From: Candidatus Parcubacteria bacterium
Lineage (GTDB): Bacteria; Patescibacteriota; Minisyncoccia; Phycocordibacterales; JAKFXT01
Direction: 5' to 3'
NCBI GenBank assembly: GCA_021414235.1
Contig: JAIOOV010000004.1
Span: 473,591-537,590, forward strand
Length of the DNA: 64,000 bases
Below the pieces are notes generated by a model that was not told where the DNA came from, did no database searches, and saw nothing but the letters and a program-made list of their open reading frames with translations. Of the stretch, positions 19,209-28,430 are shown in pieces (the stretch's first letter is position 1; the number at the start of each line of letters is the position of its first letter). Position numbers and translations under genes: made by a program.

Positions 19209-19230
19209 ACCCCTACGGTATACTAGGCAC

Positions 19231-22200
19231 GTGAGTTTCGTCCATCTCCATACCCATAGTCACTACAGTCTCCTCACTGCGCTCCCCAAAGTGAAGCAGC
19301 TCGTGGCTGCAGCCAAGAAAGACGGCGCTACTGCGCTCGCCCTCACCGACAACGGCAACATGTATGGCGCGATCGAGTTCTACAAGCGCTGCAAGGACGA
19401 AGGTATCAAAGCCATCCTGGGAGTAGATTTCTACCTCGCGCTCCGCACCCGCTTCGACAAGCAGCCGGGCGTGGATAACCGCCGCTTCCGCCTGGTGCTC
19501 CTCGCGGAGAATCTCGCGGGCTACAAGAACCTCATAAAGCTGGTCACTGCTTCGAACCTGGAGGGCTTCTACTACAAGCCGCGTGTAGACAAGGATCTCT
19601 TGCGCCAACATTCCGAAGGCCTCATCGCTCTCATTCCTTCTTTTTCTGGTGACACTACGCTGGCGCTTAAGAGCGGAGACATCGAGAAGGCAGATTTCCT
19701 CGTCTCGGAATACAAATCAATATTCGGAGAGAATAACGTCTTCCTGGAACTCTCCCATCATCCGGAAATTGAAGGTCACGAAGCGACCGGTACGCTCATA
19801 AAAGAGCTAGGGAAGCGCACCAACACCCCGCTCGCCGCCGCCCACGATACGTATTACATCCACCCCGAGGACAAGCGCGCCCGCGAGACGCTCGTCTCCA
19901 TCCAGAGCAACACAGATTTTGAAAAGAATGGATTCCAAGAGGATGCCTCTGACTTCTCATTCATAACCGAAAAGAAAGCCTTAGAGCTCTTCAAGAATGA
20001 GCCAGAGGCACTCGCCAACACTGCAGCCATCGCGGAGCGCTGCAATGTGAGCCTCGACCTCGGCAAGTGGGTCTTCCCTAACTTAAAGATCGAAGAAGGT
20101 AAGACGTATGATCAGGCGCTCCGCGACGTGGTCATGCTGGGCTTTGAGCGCCGCAACGTAGTACAGGACGAGACGACCATGAAGCGCGTCAATTACGAGC
20201 TTGAGGTCATTGAGAAGAAGGGCTATGCCCCTTACTTCCTAGTGGTAGCCGACCTGCTGCGCTTCGCGCACGAGAACCACATCTTCACCACCATCCGCGG
20301 CTCGGTGGCAGGCTCCATGGTGACCTACCTTGCAGGTATCACCAACGTGAACCCCCTCGAGTACAAGCTCCCCTTCGAGCGCTTCCTAAACCCCGAACGC
20401 CCCTCCGCTCCGGATATCGACATGGACTACGCCGATAATCGACGCGATGAGATGCTCGAATACGCGCGTCAGAAGTATGGCCGCGACCATGTGGCCCAGA
20501 TCGGTACCTTCGGCACCATGATGGCGCGCGGCGCCGTGCGCGACGTAACGCGTGCCATGGGCTTCTCCTACGCTATTGGCGATCGCATCGCCAAACTCAT
20601 TCCTTTTGGTGCACAAGGTTTCCCCATGACCATCGACCGTGCGCTCGAAGAGACCGCAGAGCTTAAGGAAATCTACGACAAAGAGGCGGAAGCCAAGGAG
20701 ATCATCGAGATGGCCAAGAAAATCGAAGGCTGTGCCCGACACATCTCCATCCACGCCGCGGGCGTGGTCATATCTCCCGTACCCCTTAACGAGATGGTGC
20801 CGCTCCAGTTCGACCCCAAAGAAGGCGACAAGATCATCACCCAGTACGACATGCGCGCAGTGGAAGAAGCTGGCCTTCTCAAGTTCGACTTCCTCGGTAT
20901 AAGAAACCTGGCCATCCTCGCGGACGCGGTGCAGCAGGTGAATGCGCGCCACGGCGGCAACCTCGATATCGAACGGATCCCGCTTGATGATCCCAAGACT
21001 TTCGCCATGCTCGCCAAGGGCGAGACCATGGGTCTCTTCCAGCTGAACGGCTCCGGTATGACCCGCTACCTCAAGGAGCTCAAACCCACCACCATTCACG
21101 ACATCAACGCCATGGTGGCGCTCTACCGCCCAGGCCCTATGGAATCGATCCCCATGTATATTGAGCGCAAGCAGGATGCGAGCAAAGTAAGCTACCTCGA
21201 TCCCCGTCTCCGGACGATACTCGATCAGTCCTACGGCGTGATCACGTACCAGGACGACGTGATGCTCATCGCCATCGAGCTCGCAGGCTACTCCTGGCTT
21301 GAAGCAGACAAGCTGCGTAAAGCCATGGGCAAGAAGATCCCAGCAGAGATGGAGGCGCAGAAGGAGCACCTCCGCCAAGGATTCGTGGAGCACGGGCTCA
21401 CGCCCGGGAAAGCTGAGGCACTCTGGAAGCTCATCGAGCCCTTCGCTTCCTACGGTTTCAACAAAGCGCACGCCGCAAGCTACGGCCGCGTGGCCTACCA
21501 GACAGCCTTCATGAAGGCCAACTACCCTGGGGAGTATATGACTGCTGTGCTCACGGCAGAATCGGGCAATACGGAAGAAGTAGCCACCATCATCCATGAG
21601 TGTAAGCGCATGGGCATCCCCGTGCTCCCGCCGGAGATCAATCAGAGCTACAAGGACTTCACCTTGGTAGAAGAGGGCGGCAAGCCTGCCATCCGCTTCG
21701 GCCTCGGCAGCATCAAGAACTTCGGTGAAGGCATCGCGGAGGCACTCATCACCGAGCGCGAAGCGCGCGGACCCTTCAAGAGCTTGGCTGATTTCCTAGA
21801 GCGCCTGCAGAATCGCAATCTCAACAAGAAATCCTTGGAGTCCCTCATCTACGCCGGAGCCTTCGACAACTTCGCGGAGCGTGCGCGGCTCCTCGCCTCC
21901 GTCGAAGACCTCCTCACTTACAATCGCGAGAGCGGCAAACAGAACAGCGATCAGAGCTCCCTCTTCGGAGGACTCGCCATGGCCCCGAGCACCATCCGCC
22001 TCCAGGAAGCGCCGCCCATGGAGATGGCGGACAAATTACGTTTTGAAAAAGAATTGCTCGGCCTCTACGTCTCCGGGCACCCGCTCGATCGTTTCCAGGA
22101 GAAGCTCTCCAAGGCCATGACCATCAAGCATATCCGCGAGGAGATGAAGCCGGGAATGGTAGCAGTCGTCTCTGGAATAGTGGAAGAGGTCAAACCAATC

Positions 22201-22404
22201 CTCACAAAGAAAGGAGACAAGATGATCTTCCTGAAGATGTCCGACTTCACTGGCGTGATCGAGCTCGTAGTCTTCCCCAAGATATATCAGCCGCTCCAGG
22301 AGCTTTTCATACCGGATCGCTGCATCGCGGTGCGCGGCGCCATCAGTGCCCGCGAAGGCGAACTCTCCATATTGGCGGATGCGGCCAAGCCGCTGACCGT
22401 CTGA
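19231..22404 (+). CDS. dnaE: DNA polymerase III alpha subunit
   Basis: 1057 aa. PHP domain HLHTHSHYSLL. Polymerase core and an OB-fold C-terminus. Confidence 0.93.
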   Translation: MSFVHLHTHSHYSLLTALPKVKQLVAAAKKDGATALALTDNGNMYGAIEFYKRCKDEGIKAILGVDFYLALRTRFDKQPGVDNRRFRLVLLAENLAGYKNLIKLVTASNLEGFYYKPRVDKDLLRQHSEGLIALIPSFSGDTTLALKSGDIEKADFLVSEYKSIFGENNVFLELSHHPEIEGHEATGTLIKELGKRTNTPLAAAHDTYYIHPEDKRARETLVSIQSNTDFEKNGFQEDASDFSFITEKKALELFKNEPEALANTAAIAERCNVSLDLGKWVFPNLKIEEGKTYDQALRDVVMLGFERRNVVQDETTMKRVNYELEVIEKKGYAPYFLVVADLLRFAHENHIFTTIRGSVAGSMVTYLAGITNVNPLEYKLPFERFLNPERPSAPDIDMDYADNRRDEMLEYARQKYGRDHVAQIGTFGTMMARGAVRDVTRAMGFSYAIGDRIAKLIPFGAQGFPMTIDRALEETAELKEIYDKEAEAKEIIEMAKKIEGCARHISIHAAGVVISPVPLNEMVPLQFDPKEGDKIITQYDMRAVEEAGLLKFDFLGIRNLAILADAVQQVNARHGGNLDIERIPLDDPKTFAMLAKGETMGLFQLNGSGMTRYLKELKPTTIHDINAMVALYRPGPMESIPMYIERKQDASKVSYLDPRLRTILDQSYGVITYQDDVMLIAIELAGYSWLEADKLRKAMGKKIPAEMEAQKEHLRQGFVEHGLTPGKAEALWKLIEPFASYGFNKAHAASYGRVAYQTAFMKANYPGEYMTAVLTAESGNTEEVATIIHECKRMGIPVLPPEINQSYKDFTLVEEGGKPAIRFGLGSIKNFGEGIAEALITEREARGPFKSLADFLERLQNRNLNKKSLESLIYAGAFDNFAERARLLASVEDLLTYNRESGKQNSDQSSLFGGLAMAPSTIRLQEAPPMEMADKLRFEKELLGLYVSGHPLDRFQEKLSKAMTIKHIREEMKPGMVAVVSGIVEEVKPILTKKGDKMIFLKMSDFTGVIELVVFPKIYQPLQELFIPDRCIAVRGAISAREGELSILADAAKPLTV

Positions 22405-22444
22405 CCCTTTGTCTTGAGCCGGGGAATTGATACTATGTCCGAAT

Positions 22445-23677
22445 ATGAACGCAAATCCGGACGAAATCGCTAAAGACCACGATCACCGCACCTTGGGCAA
22501 GGAGCTCGACCTCTTCACCTTCTCCGAGCTCGTAGGTCCGGGACTTCCCCTCTGGACCCCCCGAGGCACCATCCTCCGCGAAGAGCTGGACAAGTACGTC
22601 TGGGAACTCCGCTCCCGCTATGGCTACCAGAAGGTGACCATCCCGCACATAACCAAGCGCGAGCTCTACGAGACCTCCGGCCACTGGGAAAAGTTCGCTG
22701 GCGACCTCTTTCGTATTGTCTCCCGCGAAGGCAAGGACTACGCGTTGAAGCCGATGAACTGCCCGCATCACACGCAGATCTTCGACCGTAAGCCCCACTC
22801 CTACCGCGAGATGCCCCAGCGCTACGCCGAGACCACCATGGTGTATCGCGACGAGCAGTCCGGCGAATTGGGCGGCCTCACCCGTGTACTCTCCATCACC
22901 CAGGACGATGCGCACGTGTTCTGCCGCATGAGCCAGATTCGCGAAGAATTCCTCAACATCTGGGATATCGTGGATACCTTCTACAAGACGTTCGGCTTCA
23001 GCCTGCGGGTACGCCTCTCCTTCCGCGACCCCAGCACTCCGGAGAAATATATCGGTACCAAAGAAATCTGGGACAAAGCCGAAGCAGAACTCCGAGAGAT
23101 GGCGGAGGAGCGTGGCGCTGACTATATCGAAGGCCCTGGTGAAGCCGCCCTCTACGGACCAAAGCTCGACTTCATGGCTAAGAACGCCGCAGGGAGAGAG
23201 TGGCAGGTAGCCACCATCCAGCTCGACCTCAACCAGCCAGAGCGTTTTAATCTCACCTGCGTAAACGAGAAGGGAGAGAAGGAGCGTATCGCCATGATCC
23301 ATGCCGCTATCACTGGCTCCATCGAGCGCGCTACCGCCGTAATCCTGGAACACCTCGGCGGCGTACTCCCCGCCTGGCTCTCACCAGTACAGGTAGCCCT
23401 CCTCCCTGTGAGCGACAAGCACAAGGAATATGCGGAGTCCGTGCACAAAGAACTCATAGCTGCGGGCGTACGCGCAGAGCTCGCAGCGGATAATGAAAGT
23501 CTGGGTAAGCGTATCCGCGAAGCCAAGCTCATGAAGATCCCCTATCTCCTCGTCGTAGGAGACAAGGAGGTGGAGAGCAATCAAGTCTCTGCAGAGAATC
23601 GCTCAGGCAGCCTCGGCGCGATGAGTCTTGGAGATTTCAAAGGGATGATTTTGAAGGAGATACAGGAGAGAAAGTAA
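22445..23677 (+). CDS. thrS: Threonyl-tRNA synthetase, catalytic core plus anticodon-binding domain only (no N-terminal TGS or editing domains)
   Basis: Class II motifs and ThrRS-specific residues (PLWTPRGTILREEL..., KPMNCPHHTQIF, RVLSITQDDAHVFC). About 410 aa compared with about 640 aa in typical bacteria. ATG at 22445 (MNANPD) preferred over the track start 22427. Confidence 0.85.
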   Translation: MNANPDEIAKDHDHRTLGKELDLFTFSELVGPGLPLWTPRGTILREELDKYVWELRSRYGYQKVTIPHITKRELYETSGHWEKFAGDLFRIVSREGKDYALKPMNCPHHTQIFDRKPHSYREMPQRYAETTMVYRDEQSGELGGLTRVLSITQDDAHVFCRMSQIREEFLNIWDIVDTFYKTFGFSLRVRLSFRDPSTPEKYIGTKEIWDKAEAELREMAEERGADYIEGPGEAALYGPKLDFMAKNAAGREWQVATIQLDLNQPERFNLTCVNEKGEKERIAMIHAAITGSIERATAVILEHLGGVLPAWLSPVQVALLPVSDKHKEYAESVHKELIAAGVRAELAADNESLGKRIREAKLMKIPYLLVVGDKEVESNQVSAENRSGSLGAMSLGDFKGMILKEIQERK

Positions 23678-23687
23678 GAAAAGTTCG

Positions 23688-23721
23688 AACGGCCGTCCCA
23701 AGCATGCTTGGGACGGCCGTT
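23688..23721. terminator. 34-nt perfect palindrome (AACGGCCGTCCCAAGCA|TGCTTGGGACGGCCGTT) between convergent genes, a bidirectional terminator candidate
   Basis: Read directly from sequence. A-rich before, T-rich on the minus side. Confidence 0.55.
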
Positions 23722-23746
23722 TGGCGTTGAAGGACTGCGACTGGCT

Positions 23747-24163
23747 TCACCAGCCGTTGGGGCAAGCTCGCGTCCTCATTTCGTCCGTGAGCTTGTACTT
23801 CTCGGCATCTGCCGAGTAATCGCGGTAGAGACCGGTGGAGCTGAAGGCCGAAACCTGCCGCGGAAGCAGCTGGCCGGCGTCATAGATCAGGTCGTAGAAG
23901 TTCCCGCCGGCGTCGTTGATGAAGACGTGCATGGGGTGACCGAGCTTCTGAGGGCAGTTGAATCGCCAGAAGTTCGGATGCCGCTCGACCCTCATACTGA
24001 TCGTGCCGGACTCGCGAGCCCAGCTGTAGTCGTGGCCAAGGTGGGTCACCTGGCCATAGACGACCGGTGGATACTGGGCGAAGCTTGCCGAGACACTCGC
24101 CAACGACACCAGCAAGCTCAGCGCGACCAAACGGAACAACTTGAGCATTTGAGACCTCCTCAT
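23747..24163 (-). CDS. Small secreted hypothetical protein (signal peptide)
   Basis: 138 aa. N-terminal LFRLVALSLLVSLASVSASFA signal peptide. Confidence 0.55.
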   Translation of the reverse strand: MRRSQMLKLFRLVALSLLVSLASVSASFAQYPPVVYGQVTHLGHDYSWARESGTISMRVERHPNFWRFNCPQKLGHPMHVFINDAGGNFYDLIYDAGQLLPRQVSAFSSTGLYRDYSADAEKYKLTDEMRTRACPNGW

Positions 24164-24189
24164 TCTGCTCGTTGAAACACTGCTTTATA

Positions 24190-24218
24190 CTATACACTAT
24201 AAATATACATAAGTCAAG
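24190..24218 (-). promoter_or_regulatory. Sigma70-like promoter (TTGACT, 17 bp spacer, TATAGT) for the 23747..24163 gene
   Basis: Minus-strand hexamers at 24218..24213 and 24195..24190. Confidence 0.5.
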
Positions 24219-24233
24219 CTAAGTGAAGCAAGC

Positions 24234-24268
24234 AAAAAGCCGCTCCAAAGGAGCGGCTTTTTGCTTTA
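24234..24268. terminator. Terminator hairpin GCCGCTCC aaa GGAGCGGC flanked by an A-run and a T-run (serves the 24282..26123 gene on the minus strand)
   Basis: Read directly from sequence. Confidence 0.6.
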
Positions 24269-24281
24269 GTAACAAAGTGAA

Positions 24282-26123
24282 TTATGCCTCAGGGAATTCC
24301 TTGCGGCTCTCGCGAGCAGCCATGTCCATGACACGGGATACTGCGAGACGTGCGCCCAAGAGCTTCGAGCTGTAGCTCTCATCCCCTGCTCCGATGAGTG
24401 CCGTGATGGCGGACTCGAGCGTCTGGAGGCTCCAGCCGGCGGTCGCAGTAAGCGACTGCTCGTTGGCACCAATCTCACGCACAGTGCGGAAGCGGTGTAC
24501 CTTGTCGAGCTCGTAGGAAGCCGCCTTGAGGAACTCAGGGATGTTGTGACCCTGCGCATCGAGCATGTGGAGGAGCGCAGAACTCTTGGTGCTGTTCCCT
24601 GCTGCGAGCCAGCGTACGAACATCGGCACCATAGAGAGATAGGTGGAGAAGAGCATCTCGCGGACACGCGTTGCCGAGAGCGAGAGCCAAGAGTATTCCG
24701 GCTTCTCGTACCAGGCATGCGCCACTTCGGTGAGTTCAGAGAGAACATTCTGGGCCTGCTCTGCCTTACCATCCGCTGCAGAGAGGATGAGGGCAGCTGC
24801 ATCCTCGGAGAGGAGGATTTCCTTCTCACGAGCGTAGCTTACGAGCATCTCATAGATGCGAGTCTTCTCCTCATTGCTCATGCCGGTCGCAACCTTAGGT
24901 GCTGCAGGAGCCGCCTTGAGGGTGCGAATCTGGCTTACGAGATCAAGCGGTGCATCAGCTTCCTTGCGGAGAGCGAGTGCTGCCGGAGCTGCCACTACCT
25001 CAGGGGTAGCAACTGGCTCTGCAACCTCTTCAACAACAGGAAGCGAGACTTCCATCACCGAGCTTAGAGCGACAGTGCGCGGCAGCGGCGTGAACGGATT
25101 AAGGAGATCTGCATAAGGCTTGAGTGCAGCGCCCACGGAGAGAGCGTAGCGGGACATGTCATCCCCCATGGAAGCGAGAGGCTGGAATACCTGCATCGAG
25201 CGCGAGATACCACCGGCATAGACCATGCCGTAGGAGAACATCGCGGAGAGACCAAGAAGCCCGAAGAGGAAGAAATACGTGAAGAGGGTGTCGCCTACGC
25301 CGGTGTACGGGATGGAACCGAGGTTCACCGAGACGAAGGATGCGAGCGGAGAGCTGCCAGTCACGCGGGTGAGCTCGACGTTCGGCATCGTACCGCCGCC
25401 GCCGGTGGAGCTACCGCCACCAGAAGAACTGGAAGACGAGCTGCTACCACCGCCAGAGGAAGATCCTGGAGGAGGCGGAGGAGGTGGGGGCGGAGGAGGA
25501 GGCGGAGGCACTTCTATACCGCCAGAGGAAGAACCGGAAGAAGAACCCGGAGGAGGCGGAGGAGGTGGGGGCGGAGGAGGTACCTCTATACCACCAGAGG
25601 AAGAGCTAGGAGGTGGTGGTGGGGGCGGCGGAGGAGGCGGAGGGGAAGGAGGTTCGATGTTCGGACCCGCTTCTATAGGACCACCAGAGGAGGAACTACC
25701 TGTCTCGCCGCCGGAAGATGAGCCACCGCAGCCCTCGCAGCCACCCGAAGAGGAGCCCATACCATCGCTGGAGCCGCCACATCCTTCACAACCGCCAGAG
25801 GAAGAACCCATGCCGTCGCTAGAGCCACCACAACCCTCGCAGCCACCGGAAGAGGAGCCCATACCATCGCTGGAGCCGCCACATCCTTCACAACCGCCAG
25901 AGGAAGAACCCATGCCGTCGCTAGAGCCACCCTCGGCTCCGCCACCGTCGCCGCCACCATCCGAGGAGCCCATGCCGCCACCGTCGCCGCCTTCCTGAGC
26001 AAAGACGCTGGAAATGGAATTACCAGTAAAATTATTCGAAAGAGAAAAACCGACCACGAATGAGGCTATGGTGAGCACGAGGGCACTGCTGATGATTAGA
26101 TTTTCTTTAAGGAATTGGTTCAT
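24282..26123 (-). CDS. Repeat-rich membrane protein: signal/anchor, four tandem SSDGMGSSSGGCEGCGG repeats, three poly-proline runs (11-15 Pro), a Gly/Ser-rich stretch, a TM helix, and a 330-aa C-terminal domain of unknown function
   Basis: 613-aa ORF. The repeats and the CxxC (CEGC) motifs were read from the translation. N-terminal VFAQEGGDGGG... is paralogous to the small ORF at 55944..56156. Confidence 0.7.
   Translation of the reverse strand: MNQFLKENLIISSALVLTIASFVVGFSLSNNFTGNSISSVFAQEGGDGGGMGSSDGGGDGGGAEGGSSDGMGSSSGGCEGCGGSSDGMGSSSGGCEGCGGSSDGMGSSSGGCEGCGGSSDGMGSSSGGCEGCGGSSSGGETGSSSSGGPIEAGPNIEPPSPPPPPPPPPPPPSSSSGGIEVPPPPPPPPPPPGSSSGSSSGGIEVPPPPPPPPPPPPPPGSSSGGGSSSSSSSSGGGSSTGGGGTMPNVELTRVTGSSPLASFVSVNLGSIPYTGVGDTLFTYFFLFGLLGLSAMFSYGMVYAGGISRSMQVFQPLASMGDDMSRYALSVGAALKPYADLLNPFTPLPRTVALSSVMEVSLPVVEEVAEPVATPEVVAAPAALALRKEADAPLDLVSQIRTLKAAPAAPKVATGMSNEEKTRIYEMLVSYAREKEILLSEDAAALILSAADGKAEQAQNVLSELTEVAHAWYEKPEYSWLSLSATRVREMLFSTYLSMVPMFVRWLAAGNSTKSSALLHMLDAQGHNIPEFLKAASYELDKVHRFRTVREIGANEQSLTATAGWSLQTLESAITALIGAGDESYSSKLLGARLAVSRVMDMAARESRKEFPEA
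25455..25640. repeat. Roughly 190-nt homopurine (GGAGG/GGCGG-rich) tract on the plus strand with an internal direct repeat of about 66 nt. It encodes the poly-Pro runs on the minus strand.
   Basis: Read directly from sequence. Confidence 0.75.
25722..25930 (-). repeat. In-frame tandem DNA repeats (2 x ~102 nt, equal to 4 x 17-aa GGCEGCGG units) inside the 24282..26123 CDS
   Basis: Near-identical 102-nt units visible on the plus strand (ggagcccataccatcgctggagccgccacatccttcacaaccgccagaggaagaacccatgccgtcgctagagccacc...). Confidence 0.8.
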
Positions 26124-26273
26124 ATCTGTCTTAAAATTCTCGTGTCATAGCACCTCGACGAGATGCTATAGCGCAAAAATTGAATGTGCTTAATTGGCAC
26201 GATTCAATATAGAAGTGATGGCGGAGCGCGCCGAAACGCGCTCCGCACACCAGAAGTTCAGTCCCCTTCCCGG

Positions 26274-27473
26274 TCAGATCGTGCCGACTCGGAAGCTGAG
26301 CACCCCTCGGCCGGAGCCGGAGAGCACTTTCTCCCCGAGGTTGTCCTGCGCACGAATGCGCAAGGCTCCGGTGTTCTTGTCACCGTAGCCATCAGGCAGA
26401 CAGTCGCAGGCCTGAGGATACCCCGCCACGTAGGCGGGATTCTCCGACCACACCGCTGCGCCCATTCCCTTCCGACCAAGTGAAGGAGGGATGTAGAGCG
26501 CGACTTCGCCTGCGAACGGGAATTCGCCGAGGAAATCACCCTTGTCCCCTTCCTTCTTGATGAGCGTGAGGGTCGCAGTACCGCCCGAAGAGAGCGGCAC
26601 CTGGACCTTCATGCCGAGGGGTTTCCCTGCCGCGTTCGCCTCTTTAAGGGCGATGTGCATGATGACGTGCCGCGTATCGAGCGGCACGGTCTTACGCAGA
26701 TGGTCCGGGGAGAGGTTTCGAGAATCCTGCGCCTCGCACCAGAGCTTGTTGGCATCGCCGACCGGCTGGAAGGCCTGGAGGCAGAGACGGAAGTGGCCCC
26801 GCATCGAGGCGACGCAGGCGCCGGTCGCCGAAACTTGCAGCGGCGGAGACGCGACAACGGGCCTCTGCCCACGGGCATCCACCCGCCAGAAGTTTTTGCA
26901 CCCGTTGAACTGGCCGATGTACATGCCATCGATCAGGCAGACTTTGGTGCCCCGATCCGAATGACCTTCAGGGACGTTCCCGATGGCCACCCTTACATGC
27001 TCCTGGACCACATGTTCCTCTTTCTTGGTCCGAGGATTCTCCCGAGTGAAAGTGAGACGATCGAGCACGACGCCATTCGGCAGAACTGCGTCGGCACACT
27101 CGTTGTTGTTGATCATCCGCTTGAAGCGGATGCACTGACCGACGTTGAGGCCGAGCAATCGACAGTTGGTGTCGACGTCAGCCTTGTTGCCATTGGCGTG
27201 CATGGTCTGCCACGCCTTCCCCAACGCCGTAGAGACCGGCGCGCTGGGGAAAGCTTCAACAGGAACCATAGCGGTCACATGCTCCCCCGAGACCCCCGGG
27301 AGAGAAAGCTGACCCACGCTGACCGCCGAGCCGGAGCTCGCGCTCTGGCCGATGCCCTGCGGGGCGCAGGCTGCAAGCCCGAAGGCCAGCAGCACAACAA
27401 GAAGACTGTATACTTTCTTCACGACACCACCTCTCTTCTTGATATGGGATTCTGAACTTCTTACGACAAACAA
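26274..27473 (-). CDS. Hypothetical lipoprotein (lipobox LAAC)
   Basis: 399 aa. N-terminal KKVYSLLVVLLAFGLAAC signal with lipobox. Confidence 0.6.
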   Translation of the reverse strand: MFVVRSSESHIKKRGGVVKKVYSLLVVLLAFGLAACAPQGIGQSASSGSAVSVGQLSLPGVSGEHVTAMVPVEAFPSAPVSTALGKAWQTMHANGNKADVDTNCRLLGLNVGQCIRFKRMINNNECADAVLPNGVVLDRLTFTRENPRTKKEEHVVQEHVRVAIGNVPEGHSDRGTKVCLIDGMYIGQFNGCKNFWRVDARGQRPVVASPPLQVSATGACVASMRGHFRLCLQAFQPVGDANKLWCEAQDSRNLSPDHLRKTVPLDTRHVIMHIALKEANAAGKPLGMKVQVPLSSGGTATLTLIKKEGDKGDFLGEFPFAGEVALYIPPSLGRKGMGAAVWSENPAYVAGYPQACDCLPDGYGDKNTGALRIRAQDNLGEKVLSGSGRGVLSFRVGTI

Positions 27474-27522
27474 CGGTCCGCAATTCTTATGCGGAGCTAC
27501 CCGATCAAGAAAAGGTGTTTAG

Positions 27523-28179
27523 TCAGTTCTCGAACGGATAGCTCTTCACAAAATGCGCTGTGACTACGAAGCGCTCTTCTTTCGCTCCCCACACGTTACA
27601 AGTAGACAGGATGAGCTTCCCCTCCTTCTTCCCTATCTCCACAGTCTGATTCCCTGCGAGTACCTTCTCCACGGAATCCACTACATAGAGAAAGGTGGTA
27701 TTCGCCCCCGAGAGCTCGATCTCATCCCCGCGCTTCAGCTCCTTCAGCCGATTAAACACCTTGTAGGCCTGGTTGTGCACTACCGGAAGCCCAGAGCTGT
27801 GGCCGAACAAGAGGATGTTCTGATTGCTCCCCAGGAGCCCTGAGCCGGGATAGTGCACCGGGCCCTCCTGGAGGGCCTTCTCCAGCACCGTGTCGTCCTG
27901 GGTCGAAGGGCTCCGCACTGCGGTCGAGAGTTTGATTGCGGGGATACTCACGGCCCGTACTACGCCGAGTTCTGCTGAGATAGACGGAAGAGTAGCCACT
28001 TCCTTTCCGAGGATGAGCCCCCTCCAGAATTCCCGGAGACCTAAGGGAGCCAACCCGATGGCCGAGAGAGCGAAGGAGAGGAGAGCGAACACGACGAGCA
28101 GAAGGAGGAGAAAACGCCTACGCTGAGGCTTTTTATCTGTATCTTCATTCATCTGGTGCTCATTCTTAGCTTCCATGGC
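27523..28179 (-). CDS. Sortase-family transpeptidase
   Basis: N-terminal TM anchor, conserved His (LLFGHSSG), active-site LILSTC (TLXTC-type) and a downstream Arg. Track ORF extends to 28323, but MEAKNEH at 28179 gives the natural sortase architecture. Confidence 0.7.
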   Translation of the reverse strand, partial: AMEAKNEHQMNEDTDKKPQRRRFLLLLLVVFALLSFALSAIGLAPLGLREFWRGLILGKEVATLPSISAELGVVRAVSIPAIKLSTAVRSPSTQDDTVLEKALQEGPVHYPGSGLLGSNQNILLFGHSSGLPVVHNQAYKVFNRLKELKRGDEIELSGANTTFLYVVDSVEKVLAGNQTVEIGKKEGKLILSTCNVWGAKEERFVVTAHFVKSYPFEN

Positions 28180-28430
28180 TGTTATGTCAACGTTCGGCGT
28201 TAGACGCACATTGCTATTTTTTTTAGATAAAGTCAAGGGCTCTCTCGCGCCTCTTCCCACTTTTCTAAAAGTGGGAAGAGGCGCCCTTCTCTGGTACTTG
28301 CAGGGAGGACTCGGGATTGTCATACTCCGCCCATACCAACGTCCTTCCTGCTAAAGGCACTTGTACCCGCAGAGCTGTAGCTCAGGAATGACTTGACAGG
28401 AGCATAAAATTATAGTAGTTAGAACACATT

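Noticed and set aside
20386-21597. 403-aa minus-strand ORF
   Set aside because: Antisense shadow of dnaE.
22433-23353. 306-aa minus-strand ORF
   Set aside because: Antisense shadow of thrS.
25400-25960. CRISPR array (also considered for 50270-51640)
   Set aside because: The repeats are in-frame coding tandem repeats without unique spacers of regular length. No cas genes.
25279-25998. 239-aa plus-strand ORF encoding PPEE/GGGG repeats
   Set aside because: Mirror image of the low-complexity Gly/Cys/Pro coding region of the 24282..26123 gene. Only the minus frame gives a signal peptide, TM and C-terminal domain.
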